Positions 1 to 12,524 of a stretch of DNA of 64,000 nucleotides are shown here, in pieces. The position numbers and the translations under genes were made by a program. The notes under the pieces were generated by a model. The model did no database searches, was not told the origin of the DNA, and saw only the letters and a program-made list of their open reading frames with translations. Position 1 is the first letter of the stretch. Every line of letters begins with the position of its first letter. This DNA is from Octopus sinensis. Lineage: Eukaryota. The DNA lies in NCBI RefSeq assembly GCF_006345805.1, contig NC_043000.1, positions 123,008,001 to 123,072,000 on the forward strand, given 5' to 3'.

Positions 1-51
1 CATCGAAGAAACTGCTAAATATAAGAGGCGGAGGAGCTGAGAGAGAGGGAG

Positions 52-64
52 TCAGAAAGATTCT

Positions 65-122
<58 letters not shown>

Positions 123-418
123 CAGAGACAGAAAGATTCTCTAATATATATATAGAGAGAGAAAGAAAGGGTGGGGGGATGGAAGTGGGTGGCGTAGGAG
201 TAAAAGGAACGAGGGAGATGTCGTTAGCGATTGTGACAGAAAGAGAACAGAACCGTTGAGGTTTTGAGAATGAGAGAGGCTGAGAAAGAGAGGAGTTGTG
301 TAATTTGGAAAGAGAGAGGGAGAGAGAGAGAGAGAGAGACGGTAGAGACAGACAGACAGATAGATAGATAGTTAGACAGTGGTGGAATTGACACCACAAT
401 GCGCGTCCGCTCGTGCTA

Positions 419-493
<75 letters not shown>

Positions 494-566
494 CTTGTTT
501 GTCGAGGGAGAAAGAGAGAAGGATGAAGAAAGAGAAAGAGAGAAAATGATAGAGAAGAAGGCAGAT

Positions 567-597
<31 letters not shown>

Positions 598-1010
598 GAG
601 TAAGAGTTGGTCGAACTGTGTAATGTGCTGTGGAGAGAAGGCGGTTGATAGCAGAAAGTTAAATGGAAAGATGTGTGTGTATGTGTGTGAGAAAGAGAGA
701 GAGACAGAGAGAGAGAGAAAGAGGGAAGGAAATGATAGTCAAAATGTGAGATGGACACTAGTAAACCATTGATAAAACTTAAAAGCTGTAAGTGGAGAAA
801 AGTGGGCAATGTCCCTTTGTAAGGAGCCAAAATATATAGGAAAGCTTAGAAGCATACAGAGGGAGAGAGAGTGAGAAATTAGAGTGAGTTATGTTTGTGT
901 GTGTGTGGTATACATACATACATACATACATACATACATACATACATACATACATACATACATACATAATATATATATAGATATATATATATATATATAT
1001 ATATAGTATA

Positions 1011-1043
<33 letters not shown>

Positions 1044-1183
1044 TACACACACACACACTTGGAAATATATATATAATATATAGATAGATAGAGAGAGATA
1101 TATATAAGGTGGTTGAAAAAAGACACTGACGAGAGTAGAATGAGAGAGGATCGAGATCGGTGAGAGAGGATGCGAGAGCGAGA

Positions 1184-1217
<34 letters not shown>

Positions 1218-1532
1218 CAGAACAGAGAGAGAGACAGGATGAGGCGAAAGAGGTGATATATATATAGATGAGAGAGAGGAAAGAGAATGGGTGAGTGAGT
1301 TGATAGATGGCAAGACGCTCGTGTGGTGGTCGGCTAGAATATGGCTGAAATGTATATAGAAGAGTGAAGACTGTAGGTAATCAAAGCCAGAGTGGCGCAT
1401 TATGACCGGCTGAAGGAGGAATGGGCAGAATCAAGCACCAGTACTAAATGTAGAATAAAGTGGAAGCGACATGTGGAGAGACAGAAGTGAAGAACGAAGT
1501 GATAGAGAGAAGGATAGATAGATAGATAGAAG

Positions 1533-1603
<71 letters not shown>
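52..1603. repeat. Compound purine-rich microsatellite region: (GA)n, (GT)n ~434-490, (TACA)n ~910-966, (TA)n, (GATA)n ~1513-1603
   Basis: Direct reading; the ORFs here (SLSLSL, HTHTHT, YVCM) are translations of these repeats. Confidence 0.95.
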
Positions 1604-1605
<2 letters not shown>

Positions 1606-1898
1606 AAAAAAAAGTTATAGTGGGGAAGGGGGTGAACGTGAATGCATGAGTGGTTCAGTTAGTTAAAGAAACAGATTCAGAGGTAGATATAGATAATATT
1701 AAGTTTAAAGTGGCAAAGAAACGATAAAAGATAAAGATATCGAAACTGAAAACGAAGGGATTAAAGAAATAAACAAATAAATAAAAAGAAAGAAAGAAAG
1801 AAAGAAAGAACAGGAGGAAAACATAGACTGATATATAAATTTATATATAGTGTACATTTCGAAGGTCATGCTGCCAATCAATCAATCAATATGTATAT

Positions 1899-1931
<33 letters not shown>

Positions 1932-3906
1932 CACACACAACTGTATTTGTCTATAGCAATTGCCTGTATTTCTTAGCTCATTTTTGTTTAATTTATGCAA
2001 ATTATTTAGACATATACAAAAACTAGTACAACATAGTTATGGCTTAACTCCCTTGGTTGCTGAAGATAGGTTAGTACACTTGTCGTGCTGATGACGCCTG
2101 TTGAGGTAGAACAGGTGTCCTCGATTATCCTTTTCTCTCCAGCTAATAAGTCTGCCATTTTAATTTATGGTAGGCCAGCTTACCAAGATTCTTGAGATAA
2201 TTTCACCTTCTCATATAAACCTGTTCTTAGACGCTATTTCGTAATTGAGATGCATCATCTAGAGGCGGAGATAATTTTAATAAATCAAGAAGTTACATTG
2301 TATATTTATCATACCTGTATTTGTCTAAGATTTTCATATGTATACCACTGATCATTCTGAGCAATTTCTCCGTATGTATTGGTGGTTTGGGGTTGAGGTA
2401 GAATTTGAAATTTAGTGTTAAGTGTGCCGTTTGTGATAAGGATACAATTTTAGCCTTGTTTTGAGAATGAAACAAAATGGTTTCACAGTAGATTTTTTAC
2501 TTCTTAGAACTTCATCAGGGAAAGATAACTGTCGTATGTCCATAAAACAATTAATAACTTATGGCAATTTATTACATATATAAACTTGGATCCATCTACA
2601 CTAGTCTAACTTGCTCATTTGTGCACGTGCTAACTATGTAGTTAATTAATTAATGAAATTCAGAAAATAGGTAACATTTAAGAGGTCAACAAATGTTGGT
2701 CGCAATTTTCTGCCCACAGAGGAAGAAAAGCCTGTAGGGCAACAGTTTTGTTTACTTGTCATAACAAGGATAAAATAGTATGATCATCAAATGTGCTATA
2801 CTTTATATATAGAATCATCTCCCATAATCAAAAATATGAAAGCTATCTGAAGAACATAATGAAATAATCAAATAATCTGTCAGCGTTATGAAATTAGACG
2901 GATCAGCTTAGGTGTGTCCCTGTTTGCACACACTGAAAATAACTATAGGTGAAGAATGTTTTCGTAGACAGAAAGTGAGTAGTCTTTATCTGATGAAGTC
3001 TGAAAAGATAGAAACTTCTATATTGTCAGATTGGTCTCCCTTGTTTTGTGTATACGGAAATTATAAACCCGGTAATATAACCAGTAATTTTTACCGACTC
3101 TTTTTTTCTTAATGACAGAGAATTCTTGACACTCGAGATTATCTCCCCTTTTTTAGAGTTGATGCAATTGCCACAAGCCATTTGTTTGTCCTTCTCTCAA
3201 ATGGAATAACTCAAGAGTTTACCTTGTATAGTATTTGATATATCTTCATTCATTATTTTCAACATCCATGCTACTGACCGTTCTGGGTTAATTCTCTTTG
3301 CTCATTTTTATTTGAATTATGTATATGTATTCTATATATTTCAGACTGTGTCGACCCTCACCTGGGCACAGCCTCAGGAAAGCATCTGCCGGTTTGTCTA
3401 GGCTGGTTATAGGCTTACTTCACCAAGAGGAAAAATTGCGGGTTAGACATGATGCAGCCGTGGTCGGGTACATGTATGTATGTATGTGCGTCTGTGTCTG
3501 TGAGTGTGTATCTGTGTGTGTGCGTGTGTGAAGACGGTGATATATTAACTTTGACTTGTCACCAAACCTGGCCTTTCAAACTGTGTCAATAGATATTAGA
3601 CATTACGTTTTTCTAACGGTTTGAAATGACAGATTTAGCGATATTTCGAACTTAACGCCACGTTTAAAAAAACCAAATAAACATCATTTTATGTATTGAG
3701 TTCTATATTCAATTTGTGCTTTGTTTATATGTGTATGTGTGTGAGTGTGCGCGCGCGTGTGTATCAATATATAAGTATGTGTATATACATATGGAGGAAG
3801 AATCGAACACCAAAATTACATTGAGAGAAATAGATGAATGTTTCTCTCGTTCACCGCTATCTCTCTATTTCTCTATCTCTCTCGCTCTCTCTCTCTCTCT
3901 CCCTTT

Positions 3907-3937
<31 letters not shown>

Positions 3938-4138
3938 ATACACATATTCAGTATTTCTTTTATCCGTCTTGCCCCCTGCATATCCTTCCTTGTCTTCGCA
4001 TTTACTAACCCCTTTCTCAAAATATCCCCTCTTTTTGTCTATGTTAATCACGCTCAATATCTTCTCCTATCTCTCTGACGCTTCTAGTTCAATCTATCAC
4101 TTTCTGTTTTCCAACCACATCTTCATTACATTCCGCTA

Positions 4139-4176
<38 letters not shown>

Positions 4177-5057
4177 CTCTACGTGTATCTCTCGCTTTCC
4201 CGCTACATGCTATCCTCCATTTTCTCCTTCCTCTCACTCTTTCTTTCACTTGCTCCTCTTTTGCCCCTCTCTTAGCTCTCTCTCGCTCTTTCTCTCTCGT
4301 TCAGCGTCTCACAAGCGCATTACCAGTAGTGCTGCGCACGAGCCGCACACCTTCCCGACATCACACACCTGTTACTGAGTGAACGAGAGTGTGAGTGAGA
4401 GGAGGAAAGCTACAGCTCTCTTTGCCTCCTTCCTCTCCTCTTGCTTGCTCTCCACTGTCTCTCGCTGCCTCATCCTCTCGCTCTTTCGTCTCTACCCTTT
4501 ATATTTGTCTCTTGCAGTATAAATACACGCCTCTCTAATAAATGGTACGGAGATGTAGAGAGTTTCGTCTCCCCCTCTCACTATGTCAATAAATAGGCCT
4601 GACTGACTGCTCTCACAGCCTTGCTCTTCTCTCATTCAATCTTCTTGCTATCTATTTCTTCCTCCTCTCTCTAACTCTGTCTGTTTCTCCGAATCACTCT
4701 CAGTTCTCTCGCGTTCTCTCTTTCACCCTCTCTCTGTATTTCTCTGTATCACTCTCACTCTCTCTTTTCGTTATGTGTGTATGTGCGTGCGGATAAGACA
4801 GAGCTAGCAGATGAGAGCGCCAGGAAGAATTTCTATGCCCAGCGCGGCCGCCATCCCGAGAGGAAAAAATGGGCAGAAAGGCTTGTTGCAGGATCTAATG
4901 TAATCTTTTCTCAAAAACAACGAGAAAGGTTTTCGCTGGCAGTTGTAGTTGTTGTATGAGAGGAGATTTAAAAAAAAAAAAAAAGAAAAAAAAGGAGGTG
5001 AAAGGAATATAAGAAAAGAAATAAAAAGACAACGACAACCACATCAACATCATCATC

Positions 5058-5157
5058 NNNNNNNNNNNNNNNNNNNNNNNNNNNNNNNNNNNNNNNNNNN
5101 NNNNNNNNNNNNNNNNNNNNNNNNNNNNNNNNNNNNNNNNNNNNNNNNNNNNNNNNN
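5058..5157. other. Assembly gap (100 N)
   Basis: Exactly 100 N, typical of a placeholder for an unsized scaffold join, so adjacency across it is uncertain. Confidence 0.99.
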
Positions 5158-5230
5158 TTTTCCTTTATAGAAAGTACCACAATTTTTCCTGATAAATTTA
5201 CTGTGAATAACTCTTAATATTCATCAAAAC

Positions 5231-5770
5231 CTGTGGACTTTAACCAAGGCGGAAGCGCCCACTTGGCGAGTTGACATGGAGAGGCTTTGAGGGTGGCAAC
5301 AAATGACAAAGGGGAATTATAGTACTTAAGAGAGGTTGTGATTTTTCTAAGAAATAGACTATTTAAAGTACGATATTCATATTTTAAGCACATTTAAAAA
5401 ACAAAATACTTCTTTATTGAGATTTGAATGTTAGAAAGATATTGTGGGGAAAGATATTGAGCAAAAATATGACTGATTATGCGCTAGAGATACAAAAAAG
5501 ATTCCACTATATAAGTTTTTCACCTTTTGTAGTAATTTCCATAAATATTGATCATCGAGAGCATTAGTCCATGCCTATATGTTTAAAAAAAAAGTACATG
5601 CTGGATGGGATTGTATCGAAAACATGGAAAATAATAAACCATTCTGCAAAATTAGATTCCGTTTAATAGAAATAATTCCCCCGCACCCTTTTTTTTATTG
5701 CTTAACACACTTTTGCCAAACAATATACAATGATAGTGATGGCTGAGGTACAAATGGTTGAGAACCACTG
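5231..5770. mobile_element. Non-autonomous hAT (Charlie-like) element/MITE
   Basis: Right end GGTTGAGAACCACTG (5756-5770) is the reverse complement of CAGTGGTTCTCAACC; the decayed left end CTGTGGACTTTAACC (5231) matches it 10/15. Flanks ATCAAAAC (5223-5230) and ACCAAAAC (5771-5778) form an 8-bp TSD with one mismatch. Confidence 0.75.
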
Positions 5771-6499
5771 ACCAAAACTATGCTCTTAGAATCACCAGTT
5801 ATTATTCAACCATAAAACAAGTCTTGAAGATCACAAAACAAAAACAAATAAAGAAACTTGCCAGCTTCTTCGAGTATTCATTGGTATGTCATGTGATACA
5901 CAGTTTCTAATTTAAGCACTTTATTATCTTGTTAGAAATGTCAATGAATTGCTGAAGGAGTTGAGCTATGCTTCTGTGTCAATTCTTAGTCAATCGCAGA
6001 CAGAGAACAATATATCTCAAGTGAAATGTCACTAACAGCAGTCCACTATCGCCATTTCCAGAGGCTGTTGAATCTGTCAAAGCGGGAACTTTTCCACCTA
6101 TCGGAGACATTTTCTCGTCTTAACAATATTTTTGTTCTTTGCTTTTAAGATGCTTTCAATATCTTAACTTACACAGATCTCTTATGTCGAAGCGGTTATT
6201 GCTTTTCTTTTTAGCCCAAGGTAAAAAAAAACAGATGTAGGTAGAAAGGTTTAGCCGATGGGATTATTCCATCCTTTCTTTTCATTAATATTGCAGCTAG
6301 TGCTACATTCTCCTGTGTTCTTTCTCAATACTTTAAATAATTATGTGATTTAAGGAATACTGGACAGTTACTTCTATCAAACGATGGATTCTGTATTGTC
6401 TGGCAGATTTCACTGCTAATATATATTCTTCACAACATAAATCGTTCTTGGCAGCATCAGCCAACACATTCCGTTTAAAATTTATTTTTCATGATGTAG

Positions 6500-7145
6500 C
6501 ATAAAAGACTATTTTCTATTCAGCAAAATTATTTGCAGTAAATAGAAGCCCCTAAAAGGAATTGCAGGGCATGTCACATAATATCGCACTATAACGAATA
6601 CTGCTGAACATCTCTCCTGATAATTGCTCCAGCATTGGTCATTGCGTGTTTCAAGTATGTTAGCATCGTTTTACCAATTGCTCATTGATTGATGAGTTTT
6701 GTCTTAAAGGATGATTGTTTCATTTCTATATTTTAGTGTCTACTCTCCGGCTTGACACTAAATGTTTCAAAAATGTGTCGTTTTTTTCCACGTTACGGAT
6801 CTAATAATCGTTGGTGGATTTCAAAAAGCCATTACTTGTGAAATTCTGTGAGTTGACAACCATCTTGCACAGATTTTACTGAAGTCAAATCTGTTTTGTA
6901 AGATAAATGTAGGATGAACCATAACTCATTTCTTTATTATTTTCCACTTCACAGTACACGTATGTTCGACAGAACTACATCACGGACTTGTTCAATATCA
7001 TCACGAGATGACATATTGAGCGTTCGACTCCTTCTTGATGCACTCATTTTTTAAACTTTCAGTTCATTCAGAGAGTCCGTAGCGGCAAAACATCATTTGT
7101 ATATTGTCTTCGATGGATTTCGGCTTCTGGTACACCTTCAGGTCC
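6500..7145 (-). pseudogene. Degenerate mariner (DD34D-type) transposase, N-terminal half
   Basis: Manual minus-strand translation across frameshifts gives PEGVPEAEIHRR, DDIEQVRDVVLSN, FDFSKICARW (WVP-like motif), EPES and GKTMLT, collinear with mariner transposases; many stops. Confidence 0.75.
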
Positions 7146-7936
7146 TAGACACCGGATAACTCAACGCCAACAAAAGTGGCACAAACAAAAATGAAGCAGT
7201 TAAGAAGCAGTGAAGCGCTAAGAATTCTGTTACAAAAGGATAATAAATATTATCATTAGTAATTGTGCATTTCGAAGATTCGCTGATACTGGCTTCTCAA
7301 AGCTACCTTGTTTTAAGAAGCAAGTATCAAGGAAACTTCAGAGTGTAAACTCAGTATTTCTAATAAATATTATTTACATGACTGAATCCTTGATTTAGTA
7401 GAGATTCAGTGTACTGAAGTACAAAAGTATATATAATATGCAATGATATATATGAATTAGTATATGCACGCATAATCACACATATACACGCATACACATC
7501 ATATATGTGTGTATATGTGTGCGCGTGCGAACATTTATGGAGTGCTGTATTCTAGAATGAGAAATCACAAGTTTCTGTGTATCTTTTCAGTAGGCTCATG
7601 CTGACCAATACCCGTAGGGAGAGGTCTTCGGTAGACGAGAACTGTAGAAGCAGTCGGACGGACCGAGATCAGTTACCAGTTTTAGATATGTTGAACCGGA
7701 TAAGTATACAGCAGCAACGGAGACCACCAGAAGTCGAATATGAAATAAATATAGAATAAACAGAATATTTAAAAAAAGGCATTACAAAACATTACTATAA
7801 ATCATATATGTCTGTGTTCGTTTATAATTTTTTACGTGCATGTGGCTGTATTTTTATGTATTTGTGAAACCGTCTTCCAGAATAATCGTATTTGTTTGAT
7901 TACATGGGTACAAGTATGAATGTTGGTTAAATAATG

Positions 7937-8022
7937 TCTCTGTGTTTGTCTCTTCGTGCTCTGTGTTTGTCTATTCGTGCTCTGTGTTTGTCTATTCGTG
8001 CTCTGTGCTTGTCTATTCGTCT
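7937..8022. repeat. 21-bp tandem minisatellite (TCTGTGTTTGTCTATTCGTGC) x~4
   Basis: Direct repeats visible; source of the RIDKHRA repeat in ORF 7927-8175. Confidence 0.9.
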
Positions 8023-8672
8023 ATTCTGTAAATGAATATAATTAATTTCGTCTCTCGAGTTAGGCAATGGTTTCAAATTTAAATAGTACAAAGTCAAATA
8101 ATCAGTGAGAGCTATAAGAAGACGTAGTAATAACTCTGACGCCAGTTTATATTTTAGGTAAGCAGACATATACAATCTTGAATACGATGCATTGACTTAC
8201 TCTGACTCCCAAGATTGGCAATGGTTTTACATCTGATAGCACAAAAACAGATTTTCAGGAAGATTTGATGCAGCTATTCGTTCCAAACCAAATTAGTTTC
8301 TACATAAACAGAGTTACATTTCTTGTCTTAACAACTAATTGCACATTTACAGCAAGATGTAATTCTAGATAGAATCAAAATTTCTCATACGGTTCCTTAC
8401 ATACGGCTGATCATCGTAGAAATACTGACCAGTATGTTTATTTCTTTTAAAGGGTGGTTTTGAACAATAACTCATTGTCATTAGATTGAACTCTAGTCTG
8501 TTACAAGTGACATTTTACACTGCGTAAGTATGATTATAATTCTACATTTTTTTCAAAACATGAATAAACAAACACGGTACACACCAATGGATAACTGTAT
8601 ATATAGTTTATTGAAAGAGAAGTTCTCTTTCAAGACTTGTGTTTTATACCACCGTTTCTTTTTTTCAGCATA

Positions 8673-8674
<2 letters not shown>

Positions 8675-8754
<80 letters not shown>

Positions 8755-8764
8755 TATATATATA

Positions 8765-8795
<31 letters not shown>

Positions 8796-8796
8796 C

Positions 8797-8830
<34 letters not shown>

Positions 8831-8872
8831 ATATATATATATATATATAATATATATATTATATATATATTA
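8675..8872. repeat. (TA)n microsatellite, interrupted
   Basis: Direct reading. Confidence 0.95.
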
Positions 8873-9070
8873 TAGATCGCTGGCCACTATAACTTTTTTC
8901 TTTTTCTCTCCCTGCTTATTTCTGTGTTCCTTCTGCCGAAGAGCGTAGGCTCGAAACGTAAAAGACTTTCTCACTTCCCGAGCGTTAAACTAATACATCT
9001 GTTTCTTGTTTACACACCCGTCTTCGTCTTCTGTTTTGGATTGTTTTTTTTTTTGTAAGTCCTCACTATA
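8873..9070 (+). mobile_element. Probable Penelope-like element terminal (pLTR) fragment within (TA)n
   Basis: Contains GAAGAGCGTAGGCTCGAAACGT, resembling the GAxGA..GAAACG motifs of PLE termini; bounded by TA repeats. Confidence 0.45.
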
Positions 9071-9364
9071 TACATAACTAAGTATACATGTACCCTTGTA
9101 TATGTTTGTGCTTGTATATATGAATGCAAGCTATAGATATATATGTATAAATATGCACTGATTCGTCTATGTCCATACGCCGAATGGCACGAGTGCGTAT
9201 TAAAAAGTGAGTGTATGTCCGTGTGTATGTGTGTATTTTCATGTGTCTATATATTTGTATGTGTGAATCGACAGGATGAATTATGTGTCCGTATGTATGT
9301 ATATATATATGGGTCTGTGAGTGCATGTGTGTGTATATATACATACACGCACAGATGTATATAT

Positions 9365-9651
9365 ATTTCTTTACTACCCACAAGGGGCTAAACACAGAGG
9401 GGACAAACAAGGACAGACAAAGGGATTTAGTCGATTACATCAACCCCAGTGCGCAACTGGTACTTAATTTATCGACCCCGAAAGGATGAAAGGCAAAGTC
9501 GACCTCGGCGGAATTTGAACACAGAACGTAACGTCAGACGAAATACGGCTACGCATTTTGCCCGGCGTACTAACGTTTCTGCCAGCTCGCCGCCTTAGCC
9601 AGCTCGCCGCCTTAGCCAGCTCGCCGCCTTAGCCAGCTCGCCGCCTTTTAT
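9365..9651 (-). mobile_element. tRNA-derived SINE family A (tail type 1) with quadruplicated head
   Basis: Head AAGGCGGCGAGCTGGCAG, B box GAGTTCAAAT-like, central GGTCGACTTTGCCTTTCATCCTTTCGGGGTCGAT..GTACCAG domain (Meta-domain-like). TSD ACAGATGTATATAT at 9351-9364 and 9652-9665. Confidence 0.92.
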
Positions 9652-9689
9652 ACAGATGTATATATGTGAGTGAGTGTGTGTGTCTTGTG

Positions 9690-10265
9690 CGTGTGTTGGT
9701 GAAAGCAGCCATCAAGTTTAAAAACGGGAATCACACCACCACTAAATTCTTGACCACGCCGGCACGCTTGACTGCCATAGCTAGCCATCAAAGGTCTCCA
9801 CACGCTTTAGGGCCTTTCCATCCAAAGCCATAAACACACACCACCCACCATTTACATTAGGTTCTTTGTATTTTGTATTCTTTATCAACCAATTCCTGAA
9901 CACAAGTATAAACACCCACTACTCATTTATACTGGACTCTTTGTACTTTTACTTCTTTATCAACCACTTCCTGTCCACAAATATCCTCACTTCATCAATG
10001 TGTTTGAACCACTTGCAACACACCATAATACCACCAGCATCCAACTTGGAGCGAAATGTAAATCTTATAACTTTTAAAGCATGTTACATCACCTGATGAG
10101 GCTTCTTGCACTGTGCGGAACATCTGAAGTCACATTAAACCGTTCCTCACCCACAAGGCAGCAGTACAGAACGCAGCCGAAACGATTGTTGTGCTAAATA
10201 AATCTTCTAGTTACACTCTGTCTTCCGTATCGATTATTTAAAATACACCCAACGTGAACCTAGGA
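9690..10265 (+). mobile_element. Penelope-like element 3' region/pLTR carrying a hammerhead motif
   Basis: Unique-looking sequence ending in a hammerhead core followed by AATAAA, the usual layout of PLE termini; boundaries approximate. Confidence 0.5.
10090..10193 (+). ncRNA. Minimal type I hammerhead ribozyme (probably decayed)
   Basis: CAC-CTGATGA(10093-10099)-GGCT...AGCC-GAAA(10179-10182)-C-GATT-GT-T-GTG: stem I CAC/GTG, stem II GGCT/AGCC with G10.1:C11.1, stem III AC/GT, cleavage triplet GUU. Confidence 0.72.
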
Positions 10266-10885
10266 ATTCCTGACATTGATCCAGCGACGAAAGTGCAGTA
10301 ACGCAGATGGCGCCTGATAGCCATAAGTGGTGAGCGTGCTTTTTAGGCGCACAACCTGGGACTTAACCGAAACAAGGTTTGGATACTGCGTTTTAATGTC
10401 TCCTTTCTAAACCTTAATTTTAATTCTAAATTCAACTTATATATATTATATTATATTGAGAAGACGTTTTTACAGGCAGAGCGCGAGAGAGACTGTACAA
10501 AATTAGCTGTTATAGATGAAATATATTTGGCGTTGCATGTTAGATAAAACCCACCATGCCCTTAAAGTCTCTTACAAAAAATCCACACTAAGGACTAGCT
10601 AGTTACAGGTGGGATCATAGCTATAATATTTGACCATTGCTTTTTCAAGGTTTCTATTTACTACGACTGATTTTGTTAAAGTGATTGTTGAATTGATAAG
10701 ATTGATTATTCATCCCCAACAAGTACAAGACCTCAATGGAAGGCAGATTCCACTAAGTTAACATTTAGACTTGAATGTGACAAACAAATTTCTAAAATTC
10801 TAGGTCTTCCAATTTTAACTTTGCTCTAAAAAAGCACAGATCAAATACAAGCTGTAAGTTTCCTAGTAATTTTCCATATTCATCC

Positions 10886-11045
10886 TGTATGTATGTATGT
10901 ATGTATGTATGTATGTATGTATGTATGTATGTATGTATGTATGTATGAATGTATGTGTGTAGGTATGTATGAATGTTGTATGTATGTATGTATGTATGTA
11001 TGTATGTATGTATGTATGTATGTATGTATGTATGTATGTATGCAT
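10886..11045. repeat. (TATG)n microsatellite
   Basis: Direct reading. Confidence 0.95.
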
Positions 11046-11751
11046 GTATGCATCAGGAAATTGAAATGTATATTTTATTTAATTTTATGCTATTTATTGA
11101 TTGGAAATATACGTTATCAATATACGAAGCATATATCTAATTTTTATGAATTTCATTTCATTTCATTGTTTTCTGTATTTAGCTGGACTACTTTTCACAA
11201 ATTACTTTTCTATGGACTCAGTAAATTTTAAAATCCAACTGCTGGTTGTTAGCTTCAAGAAATTATGTAAATTGCATATGTAGGAAGGGACAGCTACAAT
11301 CCATATACGCATAACATACCACATATACACACATACAGGATCTTCTTAAACGCACACGTATCAATAATATCATTGTGTACATATCAAACAAATATACCAA
11401 ACTATTTCCAGTTAACGAGAGAGTTACTGTGTAGTCACTCAGTCCGGTAGAAATAACAGCCAAATTCTCTATCAAATTTTTTTTAAATGCTCATTGGATT
11501 AAGTAGTTCAAGATGAGCATTGCTCAAGAGCATGCTGGGATAACCATAGTTGGAACGCCTTTTATCATAGGTCTACTCTAACAAGACTGAAACTGGCTAA
11601 GCAACAAGATATTTCAAGCAGGTATATATGTATGAATAACATGAACATGTTATATTTACCAAATCTTATTATTAACAAATTATTGCACATGCATATAATA
11701 TATATACTATATTATATATATATATATATTATATATATATTATATATATAC

Positions 11752-11785
<34 letters not shown>

Positions 11786-12484
11786 TACATATTATACATA
11801 TATATACATATATATATATAATATATATATATATATATCATAATTGTATTATTTCCATTCTATATACATTCTCCTAATAAAATATAATACTACCTATATA
11901 ACACACTAAATAACTCACAAGTATATACATGCAAATTATATTAACATAGGATTTATATACAGAATCTACGAACAGATATTTCGTATACAGCCAATATCAC
12001 AAATGCACACGCTCACACGCACACAGATACAATGTGAATAAGTTGTATTTAAAGGTTTCGTCGCATGTACATGCGTGTGCCTCTGTGTGTGTGCGCGCGC
12101 GCGTGTGTGTGTTTGTGTATCGTTGTTAAAATATGATATATTTGCGTTCGATTTTGAAATATTTCTCTGATTTTAATTACATTCTACTTATTACTTTTCC
12201 GTATACACTCTTCCAAAATTGGTCGCCATTTGTAATAATTACATTAATAATATATAAATTTACACATAAATATTTATTGAATGTACATGTGGCTGTATAT
12301 GTATATGCGTGTGTCAGTATGTGTGTATTCGTGCCTGTATATGTATGAATGTATGTACCTGTATACATTTATATATTTGAATATATATTTATATACATAT
12401 ATAGTCTGTATCTCCCTCTATATATATCATATATATTTATTCGTGTGCGTGCGTGTGTGTATATATATTATATATATATATATA

Positions 12485-12524
<40 letters not shown>

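Noticed and set aside
5870-6420. Possible LINE reverse-transcriptase remnant next to the mariner relic
   Set aside because: No diagnostic RT motif (QG..LSP, YADD) could be read.
7577-7759. 60-aa ORF after a TTTTCAG acceptor-like site
   Set aside because: No recognisable motif, no convincing partner exon, and it lies among TE debris.
9581-9648. CRISPR-like direct repeats (also 7937-8022 and 17082-17455)
   Set aside because: No unique spacers, no cas genes, eukaryotic context.
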